Source of the DNA: a virus
Taxonomy: Duplodnaviria; Caudoviricetes
Length of the DNA stretch: 28,039 bases
Reading direction: 5' to 3' (one strand)
IMG/VR virus record: IMGVR_UViG_3300005611_000158
Coordinates: 1-28,039 of that record
Positions within the stretch are counted from its first letter, which is position 1. Every line of letters starts with the position of its first letter. The notes under the pieces were generated by a model. It had not been told where the DNA came from, ran no database searches, and saw nothing but the letters and a program-made list of their open reading frames with translations. Position numbers and translations under genes: made by a program. Shown one piece after another: positions 17,461 to 26,542 of the stretch.

Positions 17461-18998
17461 GATGCCTCCAATCTATGAACTATATTCCTATCGAACTCAA
17501 CAGCGCGAACACCATCAAGCAATGCGCGTGTCGAATGAAACGTAGCATCATTTGTAGCAGAAATCAGAACATCAATCGTTCCACGCGAACGCAAACGCCA
17601 AATCGTCACCTGATGCACACGCGAAATCCTATGAATCCTATCCTCAACCTGCTCCTGAACATCAGGAGACCGAGGAACATCAAAGAAAATCAAATCATCC
17701 GCAGCATCCAAATCAATACCAACACCAAGCCCCGACGACAATAACGTAATACGAAACTCACCAGCCTGAAAAGCACGCTGCAAAGCAGAACGCTTATGCT
17801 GAGGCAACGAACCATCAATCACCTCACACACAAAACCAGCCTCAGCCAACTCATCCTTTAACCAATACAGAACCTGAGAAAACTGAGAAGACACAACAAC
17901 CTGTCCACTCGGCGGCTCACTAGGATTAACACCCAAATTACGTGACGACAACCACTCAATCAACCAATCTCGTTTAGCCGAAACACCACCAGGCTTAGGC
18001 ACAGTAAAGTCCTCACCATCACGCTGCACCACATGATACTCACACGACGCAAACTGCTGAGCACGCAACGAATACACCAACGCATTACCCTTTGAACCAT
18101 CATCATTAGTCATAAACTTATCACGATACTCAACATACGCCTTAGCCAAGGCCGACGGGTGCGGCACATCAATATCCAAATAACGTTTAGGCGGTAACTC
18201 AGTAGCAACCTCAGACTTAGTACGACGAACAACACTCTGAGCATCATAAAAATGCCAACGCCCAGCATTCAACATATGACCAATCTTCTGCACCGTGGCA
18301 TCAAACCGTGAACCATCACGACGAGACACCGGCACCGTAATGTCATACGTATAAAAATTTGCTTGCAACCAATCCTGATAAGACTGAACAACCCTACCAA
18401 AAAACTGAGGATACAAAAACCGCCACGTACCAAACCGGTAATGCAACTTACCACGGTCAGGCGTACCCGAAATAGCCAAACGCAACGCATCAGGACAATC
18501 ATCCGACAACTTAAACAAACCACGCCAAAACTGCGTAGCATCAGCAGGCGAATCATAATCCATCGGCAGGACCATATGCGACTCATCAATAAAAATAGCC
18601 GAATACGCCATCGCATGAATAGCAGGAACAAACTCATCCAAACCACGACTAATACCCAACGAATCATGATTAGTCACAATAATCATATGCTTATCATCAC
18701 AACGATTCTCCTCAACACGTTTACTACGAGCAGCACGCGAACCCGAAAAAGCATCAACAACACAGACCTCAGGCATATACGACTGAATAGTAGGCAACCA
18801 CGCCGTATCACATGTGATAAGAGGCGCAGCAATCAACGTTGCAGTACCCGGACGCAACCTATCCGCCACATACAAAGAACCCAAAGACGTAAACGTTTTA
18901 CCCAAACCAGGCTGGTCGGCCAAAAGCATCGCACCAGCAGACGCAATACGCTCAGCCGCCTCAGCCTGATAAGGGCGCAACATGTCAACTAACGTCAC
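17457..18998 (-). CDS. SNF2-like SF2 helicase
   Basis: LRPYQ, LLADQPGLGKT, DESH, SGTP, GVGIDL, QVEDRIHR. Confidence 0.92.
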   Translation of the reverse strand: MTLVDMLRPYQAEAAERIASAGAMLLADQPGLGKTFTSLGSLYVADRLRPGTATLIAAPLITCDTAWLPTIQSYMPEVCVVDAFSGSRAARSKRVEENRCDDKHMIIVTNHDSLGISRGLDEFVPAIHAMAYSAIFIDESHMVLPMDYDSPADATQFWRGLFKLSDDCPDALRLAISGTPDRGKLHYRFGTWRFLYPQFFGRVVQSYQDWLQANFYTYDITVPVSRRDGSRFDATVQKIGHMLNAGRWHFYDAQSVVRRTKSEVATELPPKRYLDIDVPHPSALAKAYVEYRDKFMTNDDGSKGNALVYSLRAQQFASCEYHVVQRDGEDFTVPKPGGVSAKRDWLIEWLSSRNLGVNPSEPPSGQVVVSSQFSQVLYWLKDELAEAGFVCEVIDGSLPQHKRSALQRAFQAGEFRITLLSSGLGVGIDLDAADDLIFFDVPRSPDVQEQVEDRIHRISRVHQVTIWRLRSRGTIDVLISATNDATFHSTRALLDGVRAVEFDRNIVHRLEAS

Positions 18999-19450
18999 GA
19001 CAACAAACGCAAAGGGCGCGAAACAACCTGAGCATACAAATCCGGATACTCCTCAGGCGGGAACTGCTCACGCACACGAGCCGTCACCAAACGCACCGAC
19101 GACTCATGCTTCATCGAAACAACAGGAGCATCACCCTCAACAACACGCAAATACTCCAACTCACCAACCAACTCCTGCAACACAGACTTAATAGCCGCAT
19201 CACGGTCAGCCAACAAACGCTGCTGAGCACGCAACTCAGTCAACTGAGCAATCAACGTCGCAGCCAACTCACCATCAGAAGCCAACACAATATTAGACTC
19301 ATCAATCGGTTCACGCTCCGACGTAGCCGACGGTTTCTTACGCTTAATAGCACGCTCAGAACCATCCATCTGAGGGACAGGAGGTGCCTGCGCATCCAAC
19401 GCAGCAGCCTGCTCCTTAGCCATATCAATCATTTCCCGTAAATTCATCAC
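18995..19450 (-). CDS. Hypothetical protein
   Basis: GGAGG SD, 4-nt overlap with helicase start. Confidence 0.75.
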   Translation of the reverse strand: MMNLREMIDMAKEQAAALDAQAPPVPQMDGSERAIKRKKPSATSEREPIDESNIVLASDGELAATLIAQLTELRAQQRLLADRDAAIKSVLQELVGELEYLRVVEGDAPVVSMKHESSVRLVTARVREQFPPEEYPDLYAQVVSRPLRLLS

Positions 19451-19781
19451 TTACCTCCATTCTGAAGTCATGGACCTCAATCAACGTGCCAAAAATAGAA
19501 GCACGAGTATTCAAAAAATCATACACAGAACCAACAAAAGGTTGAACCTGCATATCAGCAGGCAACATCTCACCATTCCACAACAACGACGTATCAAACA
19601 CATACGAGCCAGGTGTCGTAGACGACCGACCAACACGCACAACAATATGACCCGCCGACTCAGTATGCGGTAACGCAAACTGACGAGCAAAATAGTAAGA
19701 AAAAGCCCCCGATGAGGGGACCTCGCGCAAAGCGAAGCCCCCCCTCACCATGTATTGCTTCAACTGAGCATCAGCCGTCAT
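19425..19781 (-). CDS. Hypothetical protein
   Basis: 118 aa, overlaps both neighbours in operon fashion. Confidence 0.7.
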   Translation of the reverse strand: MTADAQLKQYMVRGGFALREVPSSGAFSYYFARQFALPHTESAGHIVVRVGRSSTTPGSYVFDTSLLWNGEMLPADMQVQPFVGSVYDFLNTRASIFGTLIEVHDFRMEVSDEFTGND

Positions 19782-20202
19782 CAGACAAATTGTTCAACAA
19801 ATCCCGCAACAACGCAGCATTCGAAGCATCATCATCCGACGCAGCCTCCAAAGCCTCCTCAAAATCATGAAGAACCTCAGGGTCAACTGTACGAGGCTGA
19901 GGAGCACCAGACGGCACATCATCAAAAGACGACAACGCTGCAGCAGAAGCCTCAGCATCCTGACGTCCACGCGACGCAGCAGCCGAAATAAACCGCTCAA
20001 CATCGGACTGACGATAACGAATCATACCGCGAACCTGACCAGGCGCAATAAAACGCTGAAACGGCAACACCGAACAAACCTCCGGTGACTGACGCCACAA
20101 ATACAAAGTATTCTGATTTACATTCAAAATATCCGCAACCTCAGACGACGTAAGCAACTTATCACGCCCATCCAACAACTCATCAAGAGTCACATCAGCC
20201 AT
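19771..20202 (-). CDS. Excisionase/MerR-like helix-turn-helix DNA-binding protein
   Basis: LLTSSEVADILNV..NTLYLWR...IRYRQSDVERFI; start re-called at MADV. Confidence 0.85.
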   Translation of the reverse strand: MADVTLDELLDGRDKLLTSSEVADILNVNQNTLYLWRQSPEVCSVLPFQRFIAPGQVRGMIRYRQSDVERFISAAASRGRQDAEASAAALSSFDDVPSGAPQPRTVDPEVLHDFEEALEAASDDDASNAALLRDLLNNLSDDG

Positions 20203-20626
20203 CCTCATGCTCCCCACTATCGGGCTCAGCAGCCTCATTAGCGTCACGCAACGCAATAATTCCATCCATAAAATCGTTTAATGCTTCAAACGTCAAACCA
20301 TCAGTATTTGCATGAAACCATTGCATACGAGTTGACAAACTATCAGCAGCCTCATGAATTTCATCCAACAAATACTGAGACACAACAGGCACAGCGGACT
20401 CTAACCACTCATCCGGCACATCCTCATCCTTCAAAGCATCAGAAAGAAACTGTTGAGTCACCTGCTCAGTAGCAGTCGTCAAACCGTTAATTACAGCAAT
20501 CACGAACGTCTGCCAACCCAACTCCGTCTCCATCCGAATATCAACCGGATACGGGTTAGAAGCATTTTTTGTAATATCAAAACGAATGCTACCGATAGCC
20601 TCACCATCATTTATATTGTCAAACAT
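20195..20626 (-). CDS. Acidic hypothetical protein
   Basis: AAGGAGG SD before MFDNIN. Confidence 0.75.
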   Translation of the reverse strand: MFDNINDGEAIGSIRFDITKNASNPYPVDIRMETELGWQTFVIAVINGLTTATEQVTQQFLSDALKDEDVPDEWLESAVPVVSQYLLDEIHEAADSLSTRMQWFHANTDGLTFEALNDFMDGIIALRDANEAAEPDSGEHEDG

Positions 20627-21293
20627 TAGCAACCTCCTTCTCATTATCGTGCGAACCCCAAAACGTAGAACTCGCAACAGTATTTATCCTAGTATCCGAC
20701 GGAACATAACCAGAAGCATTTCCATTATGTCCCGAACCAGACTGGCCCGGAATAGGCGGCAAATGCGACTCAGCAGCCATAGCAGTCGTCACAGGTTGGA
20801 ACGACGTACCACGAATAGGGTCAGACGTATAAAACTCAACCGACTGAATATCCCCCATATCGTAGTACTCCATCCAACGGTAATTAGCTTGAACAAACGC
20901 AGTCTGCGTCTCAGGGAAACGCAAAGCAACATGGTCGGCATGGTCCTCAATCCACTTTTTGTTAACATTCTCCATTTTCAACCAACGCACAACCTGATAA
21001 ATCTGCGTCGGAGCCAAAGCAGTCATCAACGTCATCAAACCTGGATGGCTTGTAACCCGCCACTGCATCAGACCATCATCCTGCGGTGCATAAACCCACG
21101 ACGCAACAGTAGACAACCAATACGAAATCGACATACCAGGCTGATGCTGAACAATCATCAAATCGCTCATACCAGCCGTCACCGCACTAGGGTCAACCGG
21201 AATATAACCAGCAATCCGAAGATGGTCAGCTCCAGTCAGCGACGCAGTCGTAGCACCATTGGCCAAATCATACAAAATATTATCCGTTGTCAT
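20619..21293 (-). CDS. Hypothetical protein
   Basis: GAGGAGG SD before MTTDN. Confidence 0.75.
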   Translation of the reverse strand: MTTDNILYDLANGATTASLTGADHLRIAGYIPVDPSAVTAGMSDLMIVQHQPGMSISYWLSTVASWVYAPQDDGLMQWRVTSHPGLMTLMTALAPTQIYQVVRWLKMENVNKKWIEDHADHVALRFPETQTAFVQANYRWMEYYDMGDIQSVEFYTSDPIRGTSFQPVTTAMAAESHLPPIPGQSGSGHNGNASGYVPSDTRINTVASSTFWGSHDNEKEVANV

Positions 21294-22431
21294 TCGAATC
21301 CTCCTCCTCAATTTTCAACACATCAGCGATAAACGAATCAATATCATTCTCACTAATATCAACAGAATTATTACGCGACAACTCGCGCAACTTACGGTTA
21401 AGCAACGACGCAGACGGCACCTGACTCATAGGCTCAACAGTGACATGCCCAGCCCACAACTCACCATCCTCATTACTTGTCAACCTTTGAGCCTTGAAAT
21501 GCTCCATAACAGACTCACGATGCTGGTTCAGATACTCCATCGTCTGATTCATCACCAACTCCTTGTAAGAATCCTCATGCAACAAATTGTTGAACTCATC
21601 ATCAAAATCAGACTGCAACAAATCGTGATACACCAAACCCATAGGAATAACCGCACCACGCTTCAAATCAAGAAACGTCACAGCCAAACCAGGAACAGCA
21701 GGCACCTCATCATCAACAGTCAAATAATGACGATACAACACATGAATACCAGGATTATCATCAGTAGGCTCCTCAGACAAATCCTCACACAACTGGTCAA
21801 TCAACGCATTATGCAACTTCACAAAATCCTCCGGAGACAACTCCAGAATCTTACGAAGCGTAGACGCAGACCGAACATACGCTTTGAGCATTTGAACATG
21901 CCGAGGAAGATTGTCACCAAACTCCTCATCCATTTTCAGCAAACTCTCACGCGTATGCTGAATAAACGCGTCCAGCAGGCGGGGCTCATCATTCTGCATA
22001 GCCTGATAAATAGCAACCTGCAAACTACGCTCAACCTTGGACTGCATCAACGCACGAGACGTCGGAGCATCACGCAAAGCAGCACCCAACATGACACGAG
22101 AATTAAACGAATCAACCATGCTGCGATGACGCAAACGCGTCAACACCTGAAGCTCCTTCGTGAAATCATCCTGCTGCTCCTCAAGAACCGACGCCATAAT
22201 CTCAGGAAACTCAGTCATCAACTCCTGCATCAACTCACCATTACCATGCTCATCCAACCACTCCTGCATATTGCCAGCACCAGTAGCCGTCAGATGGTTA
22301 AAACGAGACATATCAAACTTTGCAGCTTTATCATTACCCTGCTCAGCAAGATACGTCATAAAATCATGCAAATAATCAGACAACGTTTTATTGTCATCCA
22401 TCATGTAATCTTCGAAACTAGGCTTTTCCAT
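21280..22431 (-). CDS. Acidic helical hypothetical protein (383 aa)
   Basis: AGGAGG SD; long ORF with genome-typical codon bias. Confidence 0.8.
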   Translation of the reverse strand: MEKPSFEDYMMDDNKTLSDYLHDFMTYLAEQGNDKAAKFDMSRFNHLTATGAGNMQEWLDEHGNGELMQELMTEFPEIMASVLEEQQDDFTKELQVLTRLRHRSMVDSFNSRVMLGAALRDAPTSRALMQSKVERSLQVAIYQAMQNDEPRLLDAFIQHTRESLLKMDEEFGDNLPRHVQMLKAYVRSASTLRKILELSPEDFVKLHNALIDQLCEDLSEEPTDDNPGIHVLYRHYLTVDDEVPAVPGLAVTFLDLKRGAVIPMGLVYHDLLQSDFDDEFNNLLHEDSYKELVMNQTMEYLNQHRESVMEHFKAQRLTSNEDGELWAGHVTVEPMSQVPSASLLNRKLRELSRNNSVDISENDIDSFIADVLKIEEEDSNDNG

Positions 22432-22440
22432 AACAACCTC

Positions 22441-23364
22441 CTACAGTTGAACCATATAAGCACGAGTAAAATCGCGCTTCTCGGGGGAACTAATAACATC
22501 AGCAATCTTTTTCTTACAATTATCAAAATTGCGGGTAATCTGTTCTTTATCATTTATAGACTGGTCATCAATATAAACAGTCAATCCATCCTCAGGCACA
22601 GGCTCATATTTGTTTACCATGACCTGAGAGAAATTAGTCGGCGAACCATAACCATGCTCCCAAGTCTGTGACTGCTCATCATACAAAAACAAAATACGTC
22701 GCAAAAAATCCGAATGCGACACAATGGCAACCGAATTCAAATCAACAGGGTCACCATAATCCTTCAACACAATGTCAACATGACAACACTGAGTCGAAGC
22801 AAACGCACGAATCTTACAACGTACTTGCCGAGACTCCAACCAATCCACCAGGCGTAACAACTCCTGCTGCTTATGATTAATAGCCTCAGGCCCAACACTA
22901 GAAACAACATTAATGTTAAACAAAATAGTCACATACAACGACGCAGGATTACCAGCATGCATCACACCAAACACTTCAGGAGAACCCTCAAGATATCTAC
23001 CAACATCTAAAAAATCACCCTGAACATCATAATAAACAGAAGAACCAATATTATCCTCAGCCGTCAACATACGCTCATCCGCATCAAAACTACGAATAGT
23101 GTGCGCACGTTCAGTAAACAAATAAATAGCATCCTCCAACGAACGTGTCGAATAAAAATCACCACCAGAATTTGAAGACTCAGCTCTGCGCGGTTTATAT
23201 TTCAAATTATTGACAGCAGTAAACACAGAACCAATATCAGCAAAAAAACCACACAACACGTTGGCCCGTAAATACCTGAATGTTGGGTGCGCATCAGGCA
23301 ATACGCCCACAGTCCACCCACGGCCACTCTTAGCAGCCGTCAAATCAAAAACACGAGGTAACAT
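22441..23364 (-). CDS. vWA-like partner of the AAA+ ATPase (degenerate MIDAS)
   Basis: DVQGDFLDVGRYLEGSPE, LVDWLE, VLKD, FLRR, GYG patterns; downstream of MoxR-like ATPase; AAGAAAGG SD. Confidence 0.6.
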   Translation of the reverse strand: MLPRVFDLTAAKSGRGWTVGVLPDAHPTFRYLRANVLCGFFADIGSVFTAVNNLKYKPRRAESSNSGGDFYSTRSLEDAIYLFTERAHTIRSFDADERMLTAEDNIGSSVYYDVQGDFLDVGRYLEGSPEVFGVMHAGNPASLYVTILFNINVVSSVGPEAINHKQQELLRLVDWLESRQVRCKIRAFASTQCCHVDIVLKDYGDPVDLNSVAIVSHSDFLRRILFLYDEQSQTWEHGYGSPTNFSQVMVNKYEPVPEDGLTVYIDDQSINDKEQITRNFDNCKKKIADVISSPEKRDFTRAYMVQL

Positions 23365-23402
23365 AACAAACCTTTCTTAATAAAGTAAACAACGGAAGTG
23401 AC

Positions 23403-23548
23403 ATGTTGGGTGACTGTGAGACGATATTTGCTCACTCTTGCACTGGACATCACCACACACAGCGACCTAAGCCATAAAGGGATAGAAGCCATGCGAGCCT
23501 GTCACCCCGCTCACTATTGCCGAATCGGAGCTTACAGCCACCCAACAC
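23403..23548 (-). ncRNA. Candidate multibranch structured RNA 2 (146 nt)
   Basis: 15-bp closing stem GTGTTGGGTGGCTGT/ACAGTCACCCAACAT enclosing four possible hairpins. Confidence 0.65.
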
Positions 23549-23560
23549 GAATATGTTTAT

Positions 23561-23697
23561 GCAACAACAACACCAAAAATTCAGCCACACAGCCACAAAG
23601 GAGTGGTGACCCGTAATGTCTTGCTAATCCAGCCAATAGGGTAAACCGTGCTGCGATTGCGACGAGCAATTACGTCAATCAGATGTTGCAGTGCCAC
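23561..23697 (-). ncRNA. Candidate multibranch structured RNA 1 (~135 nt), overlapping the ATPase stop
   Basis: GCAACATC/GGTGTTGT outer stem, CGTAAT/ATTACG inner stem, and a CCAC-TCCTTT-GTGG hairpin that has a counterpart in RNA 2. Confidence 0.45.
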
Positions 23698-25009
23698 CAT
23701 TATCTTTATGACCCGCAGGAACAAACGGAGAATCAGCATTCTGCTCATTAGCAAAAAGTGCTTCCCGGAAATCCCAACGGGAGTTCTTAATCTCGTGATA
23801 CACCGCAGCACGAAGCTGCCAACGCTCATGCGACCAATTAATATCATCACGAGTCATCAACGTCAAAAACTGTAGCCGAGCCCAATCATCAGCGGACTTA
23901 ACCACAACCGCAGCTTTCAACAACGTATCCTCATCAACAGGTTTCGGTGGTGTACCAAAACAGAACTCATACGCAGTATCAACACTCATATTGCGTACCA
24001 ACTCCTGCCAACCAGATTCCACGAGCCGTTCAGAAGAATCAGAACGTTTACGCAACTCAAGCCACAACGCATGCGAAGAAGCATGCAACTCCTCCAACAC
24101 AGTGCCTGTGAACTGCGACAACAAACAAGCATGCAACACTTGATTGAAGTCAACGTTAGCCGCTAACATGACAGAACCACGAGCAGTAGCACGAGGAGAC
24201 ACCACAATACGCATATCGTTCGTGTCAACATGGTCACGCACCATACGCACAATTTTGTACCAGTCAGCACCATACGGGCCAACAGCCATCTGCTGCTCAA
24301 CAGCATCATCAATAGGCCATGTAATCACCACAAACCTATCCAACGTTGCCGCATCCAACTGGTTGCGACCAACATACTGACGGTTAGCACCAAGACCAAA
24401 CGTGTTAGCTGTAGCAACAACACGAAAACTGTCATGTTTAGTTATCATCCCATCAGGGAACGACATGTAACCGTTAGCAAGCGCAGCGTTGAGTTGAATA
24501 AGAACATTGCTGTTGCCAGCATCAATCTCATCTAACAAAAACAATCCACCCGACTCATACGCGTCACGGAAACTGGTCTTCACATAACGACCATTAGCAT
24601 CCATGTAACCAATCAAATCAGACTTAGATGTTTGCGCACCAACCGACATTGCATAAAACGGTAACTCCATCAACTCAGCAGCAGACTGAGCAGCAAAAGA
24701 CTTACCAGTACCAGCCGGACCCACCAACATAGCAGGCTGATTGGTGGACAACGTTTGCAACAGCAACGTGAAGTGCTGGTGATGCAATTTATCAGACGGC
24801 GCACCAACAGGGTCAGCGCCAACAAATAGTTGCACCGGCCTTGCAGCCTCAATCCGGTCCTCTAAATCTTTCACCTTTGCAGCAACACGACGGTCAACCT
24901 TAGCCGTAACGCTAGCCAACACATCATTAGCAATCTCATCAAACATTGTCAAAATATTATCCGCACGAGTATTAGTCTCAACGGTCCTCGTAACTTTCTT
25001 TGCAGGCAT
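23675..25009 (-). CDS. MoxR/CbbQ/CobS-like AAA+ ATPase
   Basis: Walker A GPAGTGKS, SDLIG, Walker B LLDEID, ATANT, RNQLDAATLDRF, VSPR sensor II. Confidence 0.9.
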   Translation of the reverse strand: MPAKKVTRTVETNTRADNILTMFDEIANDVLASVTAKVDRRVAAKVKDLEDRIEAARPVQLFVGADPVGAPSDKLHHQHFTLLLQTLSTNQPAMLVGPAGTGKSFAAQSAAELMELPFYAMSVGAQTSKSDLIGYMDANGRYVKTSFRDAYESGGLFLLDEIDAGNSNVLIQLNAALANGYMSFPDGMITKHDSFRVVATANTFGLGANRQYVGRNQLDAATLDRFVVITWPIDDAVEQQMAVGPYGADWYKIVRMVRDHVDTNDMRIVVSPRATARGSVMLAANVDFNQVLHACLLSQFTGTVLEELHASSHALWLELRKRSDSSERLVESGWQELVRNMSVDTAYEFCFGTPPKPVDEDTLLKAAVVVKSADDWARLQFLTLMTRDDINWSHERWQLRAAVYHEIKNSRWDFREALFANEQNADSPFVPAGHKDNGGTATSD

Positions 25010-25021
25010 AAGAAACTCCTT

Positions 25022-25483
25022 CTATCCTAAGGTACTAACAGGGGACATACTTAACAGAGTGAGGGCTTTCGAATCGAAAGCACCACTCAAACGGTTCAAC
25101 AAATACGTCCTACAATCCCAACAAAACAAACCAGGAACATAGGACTCTGGTGTGATAGGTACAAGAAACAAATTCTTACGCGTACCATCACGCGACAAAC
25201 GCACATACGTTTCACACAACGCACAATGACCAGCCTGGTCATGCTCATACTTAGCAACTAACGTATTAGTAGCCAAAACAGTAGGAACATCAGCCTCCTC
25301 CGCCATAGTTCGCTCATCAAACGACTCATCCGATGATTTACGGTAATAAGACTTCAACGCATTAGCGCAACGAACCTTATTATTGTGCGAATAGAACTCC
25401 ACAAAATCATCGCAATGCGTACAAAACATAACCAACTTATCACCGTCAACAGTCTTTACACTTTGACGTTCCATCCGATGCAT
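25022..25483 (-). CDS. Zn-finger protein, endonuclease VII-like with catalytic residues apparently missing
   Basis: QAGHCALC-x26-GLFCWDC; extra N-terminal H/CxxC/C; GGAGG SD before ATG 25483. Confidence 0.55.
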   Translation of the reverse strand: MHRMERQSVKTVDGDKLVMFCTHCDDFVEFYSHNNKVRCANALKSYYRKSSDESFDERTMAEEADVPTVLATNTLVAKYEHDQAGHCALCETYVRLSRDGTRKNLFLVPITPESYVPGLFCWDCRTYLLNRLSGAFDSKALTLLSMSPVSTLG

Positions 25484-25491
25484 ACACACCT

Positions 25492-25694
25492 CCAAAATAG
25501 CTCGATAAACTTTACACCTTTACACCTTAGCGCAATACAAGCCAGTAAAACAGCCAAGGTGTAAAGAGTGTAAAGAATAAGACGTTATTTAAGGTCATAA
25601 AATATATATAACCCCATTACTGCACAAAGTCTCACCAAATAGTAAAAAGCCTCACACAAACACAAGCCAAAATAACTCGATAAACTTTACACCT
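25492..25694. repeat. Candidate iteron-type replication origin
   Basis: 28-bp direct repeat (25492-25519, 25667-25694; 27/28 identical); CTTTACAC at 25510, 25518, 25685 and inverted at 25559, 25568; AT-rich core with ATATATAT. Confidence 0.65.
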
Positions 25695-26001
25695 GAGACT
25701 TCATAGCATCCAACCGCACCTGAACATCATCCAACACAACATGAGCAGAAGAAACCCAATCCTTCACCAAATCAGTAGCATCAGAACCCAAAACAGAACG
25801 ACCATCCAACATAGAATCAATATCAGCCAAACGACAAAACAAAAAATCAACATCAGCACACACAACAGTCAAATCCTGACGCACAGACTCCAACTCACGA
25901 ACCTGCGCAACATAGTAATCCCTACTGCGAAAAACCACAGCAGACAAACCAACCAACACAGCCAAAAACGCTAAAGCAACAGCACTCAACACAAACTCCA
26001 T
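25687..26001 (-). CDS. Hypothetical membrane-anchored coiled-coil protein
   Basis: N-terminal hydrophobic helix; GGAG SD before MEFVL. Confidence 0.7.
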   Translation of the reverse strand: MEFVLSAVALAFLAVLVGLSAVVFRSRDYYVAQVRELESVRQDLTVVCADVDFLFCRLADIDSMLDGRSVLGSDATDLVKDWVSSAHVVLDDVQVRLDAMKSQV

Positions 26002-26061
26002 AACACACACTCCAATCCGCCCAAAGGCACATAGTTAAAAGGGGCACCCCCCGTGCGACAC

Positions 26062-26148
26062 AAAAAAACCTACGCACGTCAAACATATGCGTAGGTAGGA
26101 ACCGTGAGACAGGGCACGGAAAGAGAAAAACGCACCCTGCCCCACGGC
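26062..26148 (-). terminator. Long hairpin followed by an intrinsic terminator after ssb
   Basis: 18-bp GU-containing stem GCCGTGGGGCAGGGTGCG/CGTGCCCTGTCTCACGGT, then CCTACGCAT/GTGCGTAGG plus T7 tract. Confidence 0.75.
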
Positions 26149-26158
26149 AACTATTCAA

Positions 26159-26542
26159 TTAGTGAGAAGGCTCGCTCTCAACAAGCGGAACCTGGCCCGA
26201 AGACACACGAGCCGGAGCAACAAACAACTGCTTAACCGTAAAACGATTAGCAACACGCTGAGCACCAGCATCATCAGTCCAAGGAGCCTGAGCATAATCA
26301 CCCAACAAAGCCAACTCAACCTTCGAGTTAGTCAGAAACTCCTTATAGCGCTCAATCTGCTGAGCACCAAAAACAGCACCGTCATACCAGTTAGGTGGCA
26401 ACGACTCAATCTGATTCGTCGCACGATTCACCGCATAACGCTTCTCAGCAAACCGGAAGTTCGCAACCTCCGTACCGTCTTTGGTAGTAGCCACCCGAAG
26501 TGGCTGACCGCTAACGTGACCAACTATCATGATGTTCTTCAT
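26159..26542 (-). CDS. ssb: Bacterial-type single-stranded DNA-binding protein (OB fold)
   Basis: NIMIVGHV..QP....T.DG..VANFRFA...WYD...FG...G......WTD; lacks acidic PF tail; AGGAGG SD. Confidence 0.8.
   Translation of the reverse strand: MKNIMIVGHVSGQPLRVATTKDGTEVANFRFAEKRYAVNRATNQIESLPPNWYDGAVFGAQQIERYKEFLTNSKVELALLGDYAQAPWTDDAGAQRVANRFTVKQLFVAPARVSSGQVPLVESEPSH

Noticed and set aside
19771-20202. Excisionase as evidence of a prophage
   Set aside because: No integrase, att site or host genes in the window; this HTH type is common in lytic phages
21259-22671. 470-aa plus-strand ORF and other long antisense ORFs (7314-8075, 18363-18992, 20586-21332)
   Set aside because: Shadows of minus-strand genes with G/T-biased codons; I/H/Q/R-rich, no SD, no motifs
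23403-23548. Retron msr-msd (long terminal inverted repeat)
   Set aside because: No reverse transcriptase in the window; resemblance limited to the closing stem
23403-23700. Hammerhead, twister, twister-sister or HDV-like ribozyme
   Set aside because: Partial motifs (CUGAUUGA, GUGCAAG, UCCUUU loop) are present but I could not build a complete catalytic core; needs Infernal or a cleavage assay
23581-23850. 89-aa (or 39-aa) ORF overlapping the ATPase end
   Set aside because: No SD, overlaps a real gene and the folded region; not fully excluded
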